A DNA stretch of 64,000 nt, taken from contig JAUWCL010000002.1 of assembly GCA_030609325.1 (NCBI GenBank), forward strand, positions 69,451 to 133,450, given 5' to 3'. This stretch comes from Candidatus Krumholzibacteriota bacterium. GTDB lineage: Bacteria; Krumholzibacteriota; Krumholzibacteriia; Krumholzibacteriales; Krumholzibacteriaceae. The position numbers and the translations under genes were made by a program. The notes below the pieces were generated by a model. The model was not told the DNA's origin. It worked only from the letters and a program-made list of their open reading frames with translations, and did no database searches. This document shows positions 49,165 to 59,523 of the stretch, in pieces (the first letter of the stretch is position 1; each line of letters opens with the position of its first letter).

Positions 49165-49845
49165 TTAAAATCCTGTTGCCTTTTCTGCGTCCTTCTTTCC
49201 ATCCTCGAACACTATCTTCTCAAGACAGTAAACCCGCTCTTCCAGGTGTTTTATGACACCGATGAGCGGATCACTGATACGGTCATGTCTGAGGGAAATC
49301 TCATGAACATTGATGCGTCTCCTCGATATTACCTTTGCCGGTACACCTGCCGCAATACTACCCTCGGGGAGATCTTTAACGACTACCGAACCCGCACCCA
49401 CCATTGAACCTGCACCGACATGCACGGGACCGAGAATCTTGGCTCCGGCACCTATGACCACCTCATTGTCGATTGTTGGATGCCTTTTCCCCTTGCTGAG
49501 ACTCACACCGCCGAGTGTCACACCCTGGTAGAGAACCACATCGTCACCAATCTCCGATGTTTCGCCGATAACAACACCGGCACCGTGATCGATGAAAAAA
49601 CGGCTCCCGATCACAGCTCCCGGATGAATCTCAATCCCGGTCAGCAGCCGCGAGACATGAGAGATAAAACGGGCCGGGAATTTCAAACCGCGCCGCCAGA
49701 GGTAACAGGTCACTCTGTGCGAGAGCAGTGCATGCAGCCCGGGATAACAAAAGAGCACCTCCATCCAGCTTCGAGCCGCGGGGTCACGTTTGAACACGAC
49801 GGAGAAATCATCTTTTATCTTCTCATACTTTTGAGCAAGATTCAC
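49165..49845 (-). CDS. cysE: serine O-acetyltransferase
   Basis: SATase N-terminal domain plus hexapeptide repeats ([41 protein letters not shown]). Confidence 0.85.
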   Translation of the reverse strand: MNLAQKYEKIKDDFSVVFKRDPAARSWMEVLFCYPGLHALLSHRVTCYLWRRGLKFPARFISHVSRLLTGIEIHPGAVIGSRFFIDHGAGVVIGETSEIGDDVVLYQGVTLGGVSLSKGKRHPTIDNEVVIGAGAKILGPVHVGAGSMVGAGSVVVKDLPEGSIAAGVPAKVISRRRINVHEISLRHDRISDPLIGVIKHLEERVYCLEKIVFEDGKKDAEKATGF

Positions 49846-50082
49846 TTGGCATCACTTCCTTCGCCTTCACGTCGCTTTAAATACAAAAACGCCACGGTTT
49901 CTCATTGGTCTTTGAGAATCCGTAGCGTCTCACTATGTTGAATAAAATGAATCAGACGATCGAGAACCCGGATCTAGACCATGCTCATGCTATTTAGGCA
50001 TGGTACAACAGCAACTTCTATGTCCATTTCGTCTCTTCATTTCGCAGAATAGTATAGCGCAAATCTTCCCTCTTGTCAATAC

Positions 50083-50114
50083 CAATGGGAAGCGCAACTA
50101 ATGGGAAGCGCAAC
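50083..50114. repeat. tandem direct repeat (CAATGGGAAGCGCAAC / TAATGGGAAGCGCAAC) in the cysE / spermidine-synthase-like divergent intergenic region
   Basis: Two adjacent 16-nt copies differing at one base, in an AT-rich intergenic region. Confidence 0.4.
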
Positions 50115-50255
50115 CCGCTGAGGTATAAATAAATCGTCTTTCTTGAATAAAATCAATGCCATTGGTATCATCAACGACGCATTAAAGCTGTGCTTGAACA
50201 GCTTGTCCGTGGATCCAGGTTTAATATTACAAAAACAGGAGGTATAAGTATAATT

Positions 50256-51779
50256 ATGGTCAACTTCTTTATATATATGGTCATCATTGTCAGCGGCGCA
50301 TCAGTTCTAGCGATTGAGCTGATCGGCACACGAATAATTGCTCCTTTCTATGGAGCAAGTCTCTATCTTTGGTCCGCACTGATCAGCGTCACGCTCGCCG
50401 CTCTAAGCTGCGGCTACGCAATCGGCGGATGGTGGGCCGACCGCGGAACGAGGCTGGGCCGTTTTTGCATTATTATCGGCATGGCGGGGCTGTGGATCGC
50501 CGCCATCCCCTGGTTGCGGGTGCCCGTGTTTGCAGCCGCCGAAACAATGGGACTTCGGGTAGCCGTTCTCGCTGCCGCGACCGTTTTGTTTTTCCCACCG
50601 CTTGCGCTTTTGGGCATGGTGAGTCCTTATGCGATTCGATTGAAGGCATCGAGTCTTGACGTTGTAGGACGGACCGCCGGCAACCTCTACGCGGTTTCCA
50701 CAATTGCGAGCGTTGTCGCCGCCATCACCACCGGTTTTTTTCTGATCCCCAATATAGGGGTACACCGATTGGTCTTCTTAATCGGCATACTGCTTCTTGC
50801 GACTGCCTTAGTCGGGCTCGCAATCCGGCACAAGCTGACAGGAATAATAGCGCTACTACTCGTATTGGCGGTTGCATGCAAGCCGGGGTTCCAGGCAGCG
50901 TCCAGGCAGACTGCAGATCCTGAGAACGGTTTAATCGCCGTAAAGCAAAGCGCGTATGCAGAAATCCGTGTAGTCGATTTGAATGGCGTCCGCTACATGT
51001 TCATCGACGGGAGCATGCACACCGGGGCCGACCCGGTCACCTGGAATTCTTGTTTTCCGTATATCAACGTGCTGGATATCGCCAGGGGATTCTTCAAGCA
51101 GCCTGGAGAGATGTTGCTGGTGGGACTCGGTGGCGGATCCGTTGTCAAGAGTTATGCTCGCGCGGGATGGCTTGTGGACGTGGTAGAGATCGATCCGACT
51201 GTGACACAGGTAGCACGTGAGTATTTCGGGCTCGAAGAGGCCGAAGCACATGTCTACGATATGGATGGCCGCCAGTTCTTGATCACCCACGACAAGACCT
51301 ACGACATCATCATTATGGATGCCTTTGGAAGCAGTTCGGTTCCCTTTCACCTGGTAACCGCTGAAGCGTTCGGCCTTATCCGATCACGTCTCTCACCCGG
51401 GGGAATCCTCGCAATGAACATCCAGGCTGTTGGCTGGCGCGATGTGATCGTTGCCTCGATAGCGGCTACGGCGAACAGGCAATTTGAGCATGTCACCGTG
51501 CTCCCCATCGCCGAACCACCCAATCAACTCGGGAATCTCGTACTGCTGGCGTCGAGCCGCGAACTCAACCTCGAAAAAGAGCTGCCCCCCCCGCCAAGCC
51601 GCTTCAGCGCCGAATATGATCGGGTACATGCCTGGGACAATCGCTTCCAGGTGGATGTTGCCGGGGTTCCGGTGCTGACCGACGATCTCAACCCGATTGA
51701 TGTCTGGTCCGAACGCGTCAACCTTGCATCGAGAAAAGAACTGCACGAGTTTTTCGGCGAAGGAGGAGTCGCCTGGTAA
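50256..51779 (+). CDS. membrane-fused spermidine synthase-like protein (multi-TM N-terminal domain plus aminopropyltransferase-like domain)
   Basis: About 7 TM helices, then a SAM-dependent spermidine-synthase-like fold (LLVGLGGGS, DIIIMDAF). Confidence 0.65.
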   Translation: MVNFFIYMVIIVSGASVLAIELIGTRIIAPFYGASLYLWSALISVTLAALSCGYAIGGWWADRGTRLGRFCIIIGMAGLWIAAIPWLRVPVFAAAETMGLRVAVLAAATVLFFPPLALLGMVSPYAIRLKASSLDVVGRTAGNLYAVSTIASVVAAITTGFFLIPNIGVHRLVFLIGILLLATALVGLAIRHKLTGIIALLLVLAVACKPGFQAASRQTADPENGLIAVKQSAYAEIRVVDLNGVRYMFIDGSMHTGADPVTWNSCFPYINVLDIARGFFKQPGEMLLVGLGGGSVVKSYARAGWLVDVVEIDPTVTQVAREYFGLEEAEAHVYDMDGRQFLITHDKTYDIIIMDAFGSSSVPFHLVTAEAFGLIRSRLSPGGILAMNIQAVGWRDVIVASIAATANRQFEHVTVLPIAEPPNQLGNLVLLASSRELNLEKELPPPPSRFSAEYDRVHAWDNRFQVDVAGVPVLTDDLNPIDVWSERVNLASRKELHEFFGEGGVAW

Positions 51780-51786
51780 GTGCTGG

Positions 51787-52134
51787 TCAGTCGCCCCGCA
51801 TCGGCCTGATTTCGCCGCTCTCCAGGATGCGGACCGGGTGCCCCTCCAGTACTTCTGGAACTCTGCGGTTGATCTCGTCTGTTTCCTCAACGACCAGAAC
51901 CAGGATACACGGAGTTTTGTCCTCCATCTCACCAATGGCAACGCCCGTCACGCCGGGGATTGCCATCAGGCCGTTGACGTGAACCTCCATCACAGTATTG
52001 ATATCACGTTGCGGCACGGCATTCCTGCTTTCATTGGGAGGATGGCAGGCACTGGTGCCGGAAAGCATCAGGGCCAGAATTGCTGTGATGATCAGCCGCC
52101 TGGTGCCAAAAAGTCCGTGTCGATAGTTCTCCAT
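51787..52134 (-). CDS. small lipoprotein homologous to the pro-domain of the adjacent S1 protease
   Basis: Lipobox (MLSGTSAC). LMAIPGVTGVAIGEMEDKTPCILVLV...PEVLEGHPVRI aligns with LMAEPDIIGTATTLDDNGQPAIMLLV...PMTIDGVPVKV of the protease N-terminal region. Confidence 0.5.
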   Translation of the reverse strand: MENYRHGLFGTRRLIITAILALMLSGTSACHPPNESRNAVPQRDINTVMEVHVNGLMAIPGVTGVAIGEMEDKTPCILVLVVEETDEINRRVPEVLEGHPVRILESGEIRPMRGD

Positions 52135-52272
52135 CGCGTCACCATTCCTGCACAGTATACGGACGATAGCGGCTCTTCGACTCGAACTCGTCCGAAAGAA
52201 ACCCGCCCCGGCACGAGACCCGGGCGGGTTCCACGATATCGACTATTGCAAAAAACCGGATCACATGCCCGG

Positions 52273-53385
52273 CTAGTTTCCAACCATCGTGGCATTGAGG
52301 AAGCCCAACACCTCATCGATCGGATTTGCCACCGCGACAGATCTGCTGCCCGCAAACAGCAGACCGACCGCATGCGGGTTGGAGTCTACGTCTTCGACCA
52401 TCAAAGATCCCGAGTCGCCACCGTTAAGGAACTTGCTGGCCCTGTTCTTGATGAGGATCTGGCCGGTGAAGGTCACAGTGAATGCGCTGCCGCCTGCGCA
52501 CTCGTTCTCGTAACTGACTCTGACGGTCGCGTTGAGTCCGTCGACAGTACTGCGCGAGAGCCCGGTCGTGCGTCCGCTTTTCTTGACCGCCTGGTTGATA
52601 AACGCGTCTACGGTCGCCGCCGAGAGAGTGCCGATCTCGAGGATCGCACCATCGGGATCTACCATTCCGTTTATCACGTTCGCGCTTGAACAATCGACGT
52701 TGTTATCAGGAAGCGAGCTTGTCACTACCAGCGTCGCCACATTCTGCGCGTCTTCAGCGTTACAACCAACGTCTATCAGTCCGGGCTGAATGATGTAATC
52801 GCCTGTGGTTGCCACTAATCCATTCCCACCGGGAACGATGTCGGCCTCAAACACGTGATAGTTGCTGAGGATTCTCTTGTTGCCGCCTACCTGGATCAAC
52901 GATCCGAGCGTTCCTCCGCAGCAGTAGCCGTTGGCAAGATCATAGCGCCAGCCGCCCGATGTGCCGAGCTGAATCGGCGCGGTCTGTTTGGCTTTGTGAT
53001 TGACGCCGGTACCGGGCTTGCCCATAGCGACGATCCGATCGGTGAAAACAACCTTGACGGGAACGCCATCGATAGTCATAGGGGCCGTCCTCATGGCCTT
53101 CTGTGAGGTTACCAGGAGCATGATGGCCGGCTGTCCATTGTCATCGAGCGTCGTGGCGGTACCGATTATGTCCGGCTCCGCCATGAGTCGAGCGGTGTGA
53201 AGATCCTGAATGGCCATCACGTCCTGCAGATGGTGATTAGCCGAATTTACAAGCTCAGTGGCAGGCACGCCCGGTTCGGTGATAGAGTTGCCTGTTTCGG
53301 AACATCCCCAGATTCCGATGAGAACCAGAACTACTCCGACCAGGCCCAGCGCTTGCCACCGCGGTTGAGCAAATGAGAACTTCAC
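52273..53385 (-). CDS. secreted trypsin/chymotrypsin-like (S1) serine protease lipoprotein
   Basis: Catalytic-serine motif NGGDSGSLMV, His (SNYHV) and S1 fold length; lipoprotein signal (IGIWGCS). Confidence 0.7.
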   Translation of the reverse strand: MKFSFAQPRWQALGLVGVVLVLIGIWGCSETGNSITEPGVPATELVNSANHHLQDVMAIQDLHTARLMAEPDIIGTATTLDDNGQPAIMLLVTSQKAMRTAPMTIDGVPVKVVFTDRIVAMGKPGTGVNHKAKQTAPIQLGTSGGWRYDLANGYCCGGTLGSLIQVGGNKRILSNYHVFEADIVPGGNGLVATTGDYIIQPGLIDVGCNAEDAQNVATLVVTSSLPDNNVDCSSANVINGMVDPDGAILEIGTLSAATVDAFINQAVKKSGRTTGLSRSTVDGLNATVRVSYENECAGGSAFTVTFTGQILIKNRASKFLNGGDSGSLMVEDVDSNPHAVGLLFAGSRSVAVANPIDEVLGFLNATMVGN

Positions 53386-53595
53386 TAAGCCCTCCTTGTT
53401 ATGCTGTTGCGGCGAGAGACTCCTGGAGGCTCGTGGTGCAGGCGGGGTGAGAGAATCGGAGACTCTTAGAGACTCTATGTGGATTTATGTAAAAGTATGC
53501 TAGACCATCCAAAATTAGCTGTCAAGCCATTTATCAATTTTTAGACTTCCCCCATTTTCCCAGGTCTGAACAAACCAGCCTGAACAGTCTTTGTC

Positions 53596-54372
53596 TTAGC
53601 CCTCCGCCTCCGACTTCCGCTCCTCGGCCTTCGCAAAGAACGCCTTGATCATATCCATCGGCACGGGGAACACGATGGTAGAGCTTTGTCCTGCCGCGAT
53701 CTCCGTGAGCGTCTGCAAATACCGCAATTGGAGCGCACCTGGTTCATGAGCAATCACTTCGGCGGCCTGGGTCAACTTCTCAGCGGCCTGAAACTCCCCC
53801 TCCGCATGGATCACCTTGGCCCGCCGTTCACGTTCCGCCTCAGCCTGCCGGGCAATAGCGCGCCGCATCTCCTGGGGCAGATCCACGTTCTTGACCTCCA
53901 CCGCTGACACCTTGATTCCCCACGGATCGGTCCGCTCGTCAATGACACTCTGCAATTGCTGATTGATCCGTTCCCGTTCGGTCAGCAGGGAGTCTAAGTC
54001 ATGCTCGCCTAACACACTTCGCAAAGTCGTCTGAGCGATCTGAGACGTGGCGTACAGATAGTTCTCCACCTTCACTACCGCATCCGCCGCCGTCATTACC
54101 CGGAAATAGAGCACTGCATCCACTTTGATGCTCACATTGTCCTTCGTGATGACGTCCTGAGGCTCCACATCCATCGCAACCACACGAAGTGAAATGCGCA
54201 CCATCCGATCCACGATGGGGATCAACAGGATCAATCCCGGCCCTTTCTCTCCGACCAACCTTCCCAACCTGAAGATCACGCCCCGTTCATACTCCCGTAA
54301 AATACGGATAGCCGCGCTCAGGATTATCATCGCCACGATGACTACGAGCGTTATCATTATCATAAGTCCCAC
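53596..54372 (-). CDS. SPFH/band-7 (stomatin-like) protein
   Basis: N-terminal TM, SPFH domain, C-terminal coiled-coil ([20 protein letters not shown]). Confidence 0.85.
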   Translation of the reverse strand: MGLMIMITLVVIVAMIILSAAIRILREYERGVIFRLGRLVGEKGPGLILLIPIVDRMVRISLRVVAMDVEPQDVITKDNVSIKVDAVLYFRVMTAADAVVKVENYLYATSQIAQTTLRSVLGEHDLDSLLTERERINQQLQSVIDERTDPWGIKVSAVEVKNVDLPQEMRRAIARQAEAERERRAKVIHAEGEFQAAEKLTQAAEVIAHEPGALQLRYLQTLTEIAAGQSSTIVFPVPMDMIKAFFAKAEERKSEAEG

Positions 54373-54466
54373 TCCCTTCTCTGGTGACTAGTTATAGGGA
54401 AGGTGTGTTGCGTGTTGCGGGGTCATTTTAATTCGTAATTCGTCCGTACTCATTGCTCATTACGCC

Positions 54467-55852
54467 TTACGCTTTGTCTTTGACCACCTTCACTACCAAA
54501 TGATCCATACCCACGACACGCACGCGCTCTCCTGCCTTGATGGGTTCGTCCGAGACGGCGCGCCAGTGTTCGCCGGAAATAAATACCGTCCCTTTTTCGA
54601 CGATATCCGTCCTCGCCTCGCCCACCCGGCCGATCAGGTCCGGGATTCCGGTGGAAGATTTTCGCCGCTGGGCTTTCAATCCCATCCCGACCGCAAACAG
54701 GAAAAAGAGCGCCGTAGCTGCCACGGCCGGCAGAATCACCGTCCAGGACACTTTCAGAAACGGCGCGGAGGCATCGAACAACATCGTTGAACCGAGCACC
54801 ATAGCGATCACGCCTCCTGTGGCCAGCACTCCGTACGTGGGTGTCAAAACCTCGGCGATAAACAGAATAGCAGCAAACATGATCAGTAATACCCCGGCAT
54901 AATTGACCGACAGGGTCTGAAACGCAAAGAACGCCAAAATCAAACAGATGCCTCCGACCACGCCCGGGAGATATGCACCGGGATGCGACAGTTCAAAGAT
55001 AAGCCCGTACATCCCGAGGATCATCAGAATGTATGCGATGTTTGGATCCGATATGGCCGAAAGCACCCGCTCCCGAAGCCCCATCGAAATCTCCTTTACC
55101 ACAGCCCCCCTGGTCTGGAGAACCCGCTCCCCGGAGGGAAGCGACACTCGCCGACCGTCCAACGAATCCAGCAGCGCGGGCATGTCCCGACACACTAAAT
55201 CAATCACGCCCGACTCTAATGCCTCCTTTTCCGTAGCCGACACGCTTTTCCGTACGGCCTCCTCAGCCCAATCTGTATTTCTCCCTCGCTTTTCCGCGAT
55301 CGTCTTGATGTAAGCCGCCGCATCGTTGGTGATCTTCTCCACCATCGTACTGTCTATCTTTCCTCCACCAAACGCCACCGGATGCGCGGCCCCGATGTTT
55401 GTTCCCGGAGCCATCGCGGCCACGTGCGCCGCCAACGTCACAAATACTCCCGCCGAAGCGGCACGCGATCCACTCGGGGACACGTACACCACCACCGGTA
55501 CCTCCGAAGCCATAAGCTCCTTGACAATATCCCGCATTGAAGTATCCAGTCCTCCCGGCGTGTCCAACTCGATGATCAGACATACCGCACTGTCCGCCAC
55601 CGCTTGGTGAACCGCCTCCACAATGAACTCCGAGCACACCGGCCCGATCACACCCTCTACCTTGCACACATCCACCTGACCGCCGAAAGCCAGGCCCCGA
55701 ATCGCCCAGAGACCTCCAAGCAACGCCATCAGGACCATCATCACAGAGACTGCCCTGAGCCTCGAAGGGACACGTAGAATGCGGAGTACTTCAAAACCCC
55801 GCGTATGTACTCCGTATCTCCAAGGTGTGGAGATACGACCTTTCATTCTCAT
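54467..55852 (-). CDS. NfeD-family membrane protease (ClpP-class serine protease partner of stomatin)
   Basis: ClpP-like periplasmic domain (GSRAASAGVFV), multi-TM core and C-terminal OB-fold; immediately upstream of the SPFH gene. Confidence 0.8.
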   Translation of the reverse strand: MRMKGRISTPWRYGVHTRGFEVLRILRVPSRLRAVSVMMVLMALLGGLWAIRGLAFGGQVDVCKVEGVIGPVCSEFIVEAVHQAVADSAVCLIIELDTPGGLDTSMRDIVKELMASEVPVVVYVSPSGSRAASAGVFVTLAAHVAAMAPGTNIGAAHPVAFGGGKIDSTMVEKITNDAAAYIKTIAEKRGRNTDWAEEAVRKSVSATEKEALESGVIDLVCRDMPALLDSLDGRRVSLPSGERVLQTRGAVVKEISMGLRERVLSAISDPNIAYILMILGMYGLIFELSHPGAYLPGVVGGICLILAFFAFQTLSVNYAGVLLIMFAAILFIAEVLTPTYGVLATGGVIAMVLGSTMLFDASAPFLKVSWTVILPAVAATALFFLFAVGMGLKAQRRKSSTGIPDLIGRVGEARTDIVEKGTVFISGEHWRAVSDEPIKAGERVRVVGMDHLVVKVVKDKA

Positions 55853-56193
55853 CTCCGATCACCCGTCCATTCCATTAATTCCGTTCGCATTGCAATACTC
55901 GACCTTCCCCTGATTCAAATATAGCATAATTTTCATACTTTTCATCTTCCACGCACCTTCATTTCATCGCTGAGGAGATTATGGACAGACAGATTCAGTG
56001 TCCTCCACAGAATACGGGTCGCGAAAAACCCTTGAGCATCAAGCCAGGGATGTGTGCCAAACCCCATTATAGGGTCGATTTCCGTCTTCTTGCGGGAAGC
56101 GTGGCAGACAGGGAAGACAACCTTCCTGGTTGCCATAACTCTTGTTACATCAGGCACTTACCTTGTATTGCGCTCTCGTTTCATCGATCTATC

Positions 56194-56358
56194 AATAATC
56201 CTTTTTCTTCATGGGTCCTTATTTGCAATCATTTTTCCTGCCCAGTAATCGTTTTTCTTGTGGGGTTGAGTAGATTACCTGCATCTTGCTGTAAACATTT
56301 TTCTTGACATGGCATTGCTGATAACGATAATTCTTGCATAGTAATCATTTTCCCGGGG
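56194..56358 (+). repeat. array of 5-6 imperfect direct repeats (consensus AATCaTTTTTCTTG) in the Fic leader
   Basis: Copies near 56194, 56225, 56246, 56292, 56326 and 56341 at roughly 20-45 nt spacing, overlapping the promoter candidate. Confidence 0.45.
56303..56331 (+). promoter_or_regulatory. sigma70-like promoter candidate for the Fic gene
   Basis: TTGACA, 17 nt, ATAATT, about 35 nt upstream of ATG 56365. Confidence 0.4.
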
Positions 56359-56364
56359 GATGCC

Positions 56365-57897
56365 ATGGCTGAACATAATCAGGATAAATCGATACACAGA
56401 CTCGCAGGATATTCGGCACTCATCGAGCGGTACAATCTCGATGTTATCCCGAACTGGCACAGGTCTTTTGTCGCGCCCGGTGGTACCCAACGGATCGACT
56501 CGACTGGAGGCGTAATCGGGGAGATCTACCCGTCCAAATACTGGCCTGGGGGCACGCTGGGCGATCATCTTGAATTTGCACTCAAGTATGACGGTACGAA
56601 TCTCGCGATACTTGCCAGCCTGTTTCAGGAGACAGCAGAGGAGGATTTACTGGACTATGTCCAGTCCAAACCGACCGGCAAGTACGCCAGGCGGCTGTGG
56701 TTCCTGTACGAGTTCCTGACCGGCAAAACGCTTCCACTTGATGACGTGAAGCGGGGAAACTACATCGATCTGCTTGAGCCTGACAAATACTACACGGTTA
56801 TTCCTGCCCGCCAGGTTCGTCGTCAGCGAATCAACGATAATCTGACGGGCGATCGCCGATTCTGCCCGACGATTCGCCGCACCGATACCCTTCGCGACTT
56901 CGAAACGACCGACCTTCCCGAACGGTGCCGGCAAGTCGTGTCCGCCTATTCGCCGGAATTGCTGAGGCGGGCACTGAGCTACCTCTACACCAAGGAGACG
57001 AAATCGTCCTTCGAGATCGAACACATCAAGCCCACATCGACCCGGACCGAGCGCTTCGTGGCGCTGCTTCAACTGGCTAAGCAAGAGGACTTTTACGAAA
57101 AATCGCGATTAATCGAGCTTCATAATCGAATTGTTGATCCACGGTTTCGCGATTCCAACTACCGATTGAGCCAAAATTATGTCGGTGAGACAGTCACCTG
57201 GCAGAAAGAAAAGATACACTTCGCAAGTCCGAAGCCTGAAGACCTGGCCGACCTGATGGAAGGCCTGGTAGCCGCCCACAAGCGCATGGACGCTGGCAAC
57301 GTGTCCGCCGTGATTCACGCCGCCGCCATCGCTTATGGATTCGTTTTTCTGCACCCGTTCGAAGACGGCAATGGTCGAATCCACCGCTTCCTGATCCACA
57401 ACATTCTTGCCCGTCGAGGCTTCACGCCCGAAGGAGTCATGTTTCCCATATCGGCATCCATGCTGAAGAACCCTGCCGACTATGACGTCTCTCTGGAGGC
57501 GTTCTCCTGGCATCTTATGGCCTTGGTGGAATACTCGCTCGACGAAGAAGGCCGCATGACCGTTCATAATGATACGGCCCGGTGGTACCGCTATATCGAT
57601 ATGACGCCCCAGGCGGAGGCGCTCTTCCGTTTCATCGAGCAGACCATCGATACGGAACTCTCCTGCGAATTGGCGTTCCTGGCCAACTACGATGAGACTA
57701 AGAAAACCATCCAGGAGATAGTGGACATGCCCGACCGCCGGATCGACCTATTCATCCGGTTCTGCCTTCAGAACAACGGCCGACTCTCCGCGCGGAAACG
57801 CGTAAGTCACTTCGATTTCCTGTCGGATGAAGAAATCGCTCACATGGAACGGACCGTTCAGTCTGCCTACGGAAGCAAAGCATCGAACGATGAATGA
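56365..57897 (+). CDS. Fic family protein (510 aa)
   Basis: Canonical Fic motif HPFEDGNGRIHR near residue 320; long N-terminal extension. Confidence 0.85.
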   Translation: MAEHNQDKSIHRLAGYSALIERYNLDVIPNWHRSFVAPGGTQRIDSTGGVIGEIYPSKYWPGGTLGDHLEFALKYDGTNLAILASLFQETAEEDLLDYVQSKPTGKYARRLWFLYEFLTGKTLPLDDVKRGNYIDLLEPDKYYTVIPARQVRRQRINDNLTGDRRFCPTIRRTDTLRDFETTDLPERCRQVVSAYSPELLRRALSYLYTKETKSSFEIEHIKPTSTRTERFVALLQLAKQEDFYEKSRLIELHNRIVDPRFRDSNYRLSQNYVGETVTWQKEKIHFASPKPEDLADLMEGLVAAHKRMDAGNVSAVIHAAAIAYGFVFLHPFEDGNGRIHRFLIHNILARRGFTPEGVMFPISASMLKNPADYDVSLEAFSWHLMALVEYSLDEEGRMTVHNDTARWYRYIDMTPQAEALFRFIEQTIDTELSCELAFLANYDETKKTIQEIVDMPDRRIDLFIRFCLQNNGRLSARKRVSHFDFLSDEEIAHMERTVQSAYGSKASNDE

Positions 57898-58187
57898 CGA
57901 GTATGCGCATGCGATTTCTGCTGATCACTGTTCACTGATCATCACTTCCCCTTCAACACCTCTACCAAATGTATGCCATGACCCGCGATCACATGGACAT
58001 GGCCGGATCGCTTGAGGTGATAGTTGTTGCGGATCGTCATGTTCACCGGTGTCGGGCAAAGGACCTTTTCGGCAGACCAGTTCGGGTCACGGCTCCTATC
58101 ATACCGGGAATCTTGATGATTTCTTCCGCCACCGCCGCTTCAACCTCGGCAACGCTGTATTTGGTTTATGAATCACCTCATCAATCA

Positions 58188-58672
58188 GGCTCTGTTTCCT
58201 GAAAAATGGCCAGATAGGCTCCCTCCGAATTTTTTGTTCTGATGATGGTAATCCGCAAGTTGAGTTTTGGATCATGGGCAGTTCTGAATGAAGCAGGATA
58301 TGTTGTCGGAACATCATGGTCGCCATGGTCTCTTCTTCTCATGAAATCGCGAATCATCTCAATAGAATCTTCATGGCAGATTTCCACTATCGGCAAATCC
58401 TTGCATTCATCCGGATCCCTTTCAAACAGAGCTGCGAAAAGCCTGTTTGCCAGCATAATATTCTACCCTCTGTAGAATACGGCCGCCTCTCCACAATCTG
58501 CCAGAGCATCAAGTAAATTCTCCATGCAAATCATAATAATCCACCTCTTTGTTATTTCCTCGGATCGTGCCGGCCATCAATACTCAGACACCTGATCATA
58601 TCTGCCTCTTACAAACTGAAATCAACCAGTTTTTCGTGCTTCCAGCCATTTTCATATTAATTGATGATCGAT
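58188..58672 (+). repeat. about 200-nt non-coding repeat element, copy A, interrupted by a 286-bp insertion (about 58279-58564)
   Basis: 58188-58278 and 58565-58672 are about 95% identical to the contiguous copy at 61161-61362; the junction maps to ...CAGTTCTGA | TCGTGCCGGCC. Confidence 0.55.
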
Positions 58673-58690
58673 CTCGCCCGCACATTGAAA

Positions 58691-59488
58691 TCAGTGGTCG
58701 TGTTCCTTCTTCTCTTTGATTTCACGAGCATAGATAAAGACATAGGCAGCGTTTTCTTTACCTTCGTTCCGGATCTCATGATCGATCGCAGGTGGTATGA
58801 AAGCCATTTCTCCTGAATTCAGTGTAATCGGCTCCGCCCCATGTTTGTATACGGTGACCGACCCTTCGAGGCAGACGATCATCTCCCGCGCCTTGCTCTT
58901 GCCGTGCCGCTGTTTGACGGCTCCTGGTTCCATCTGTTTTTTGCCAATCCCAAATCCCTCATCCTCGAACTCCATGACGTCAAGATCGATCCTGTATGGC
59001 GAGGTTTCTTTGATTTCAGATGGTATCGGTATCGCCACACTTCTTCCACCGATCTTTACAGCCTCTGCCTCCATTCTCATTATCAGTGCGTATTCCGGAA
59101 CCTTCCTGCCCATCCTGAAGGAGTGGTGCTGCCAGTGGGAAACCCGGACCGAGGGATAGATTTTCTGGAAGAATATACCTTCGACTACAGCTTCCTGTCC
59201 CGCACAGTCCAGGGGAAATGTGTGCTTCAGTCCCGGAAAGTTGACAACAATCCCTTCGCTGTTACCGTCCTTTGGAATCACCTCGATAAAGCAACCATCC
59301 TCATTACAAACCGAGGCGATTATCCCGCTGATTTTAACGGTCCTGTTTTGATATTTTTCAGGGTGTTCGACAAATTTCGGAATCGGGGTTTCTTCTTCGA
59401 GAGTGAAATTCTCACCCAGATGAACCCATTCGTTCTTTCCCGGCGCAGCAGCTATCAATAAAAGAGAAATGATGGCGAGTACTTTCAT
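58691..59488 (-). CDS. secreted two-domain protein: DUF4920-like N-terminal domain plus C-terminal cupin
   Basis: Signal peptide. VCNEDGCFIEV Cys motif. C-terminal cupin_2-like region (GAVKQRHGKSKAREMIVCLEGSVTVYKHG...). Confidence 0.55.
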   Translation of the reverse strand: MKVLAIISLLLIAAAPGKNEWVHLGENFTLEEETPIPKFVEHPEKYQNRTVKISGIIASVCNEDGCFIEVIPKDGNSEGIVVNFPGLKHTFPLDCAGQEAVVEGIFFQKIYPSVRVSHWQHHSFRMGRKVPEYALIMRMEAEAVKIGGRSVAIPIPSEIKETSPYRIDLDVMEFEDEGFGIGKKQMEPGAVKQRHGKSKAREMIVCLEGSVTVYKHGAEPITLNSGEMAFIPPAIDHEIRNEGKENAAYVFIYAREIKEKKEHDH

Positions 59489-59523
59489 GATTTCCTCCTT
59501 TATTTGAAATCGTGTTTCAGGGA

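Noticed and set aside
58242-58475. 77-aa ORFs starting M(M/T)VIR(K/R)LSFGSWAVL conserved in both repeat copies (also 61208-61441)
   Set aside because: Conservation is explained by about 95% nucleotide identity of the repeat. No ribosome-binding site, the start sits in a T-run, and the copy-A version diverges immediately after the insertion. Treated as non-coding.
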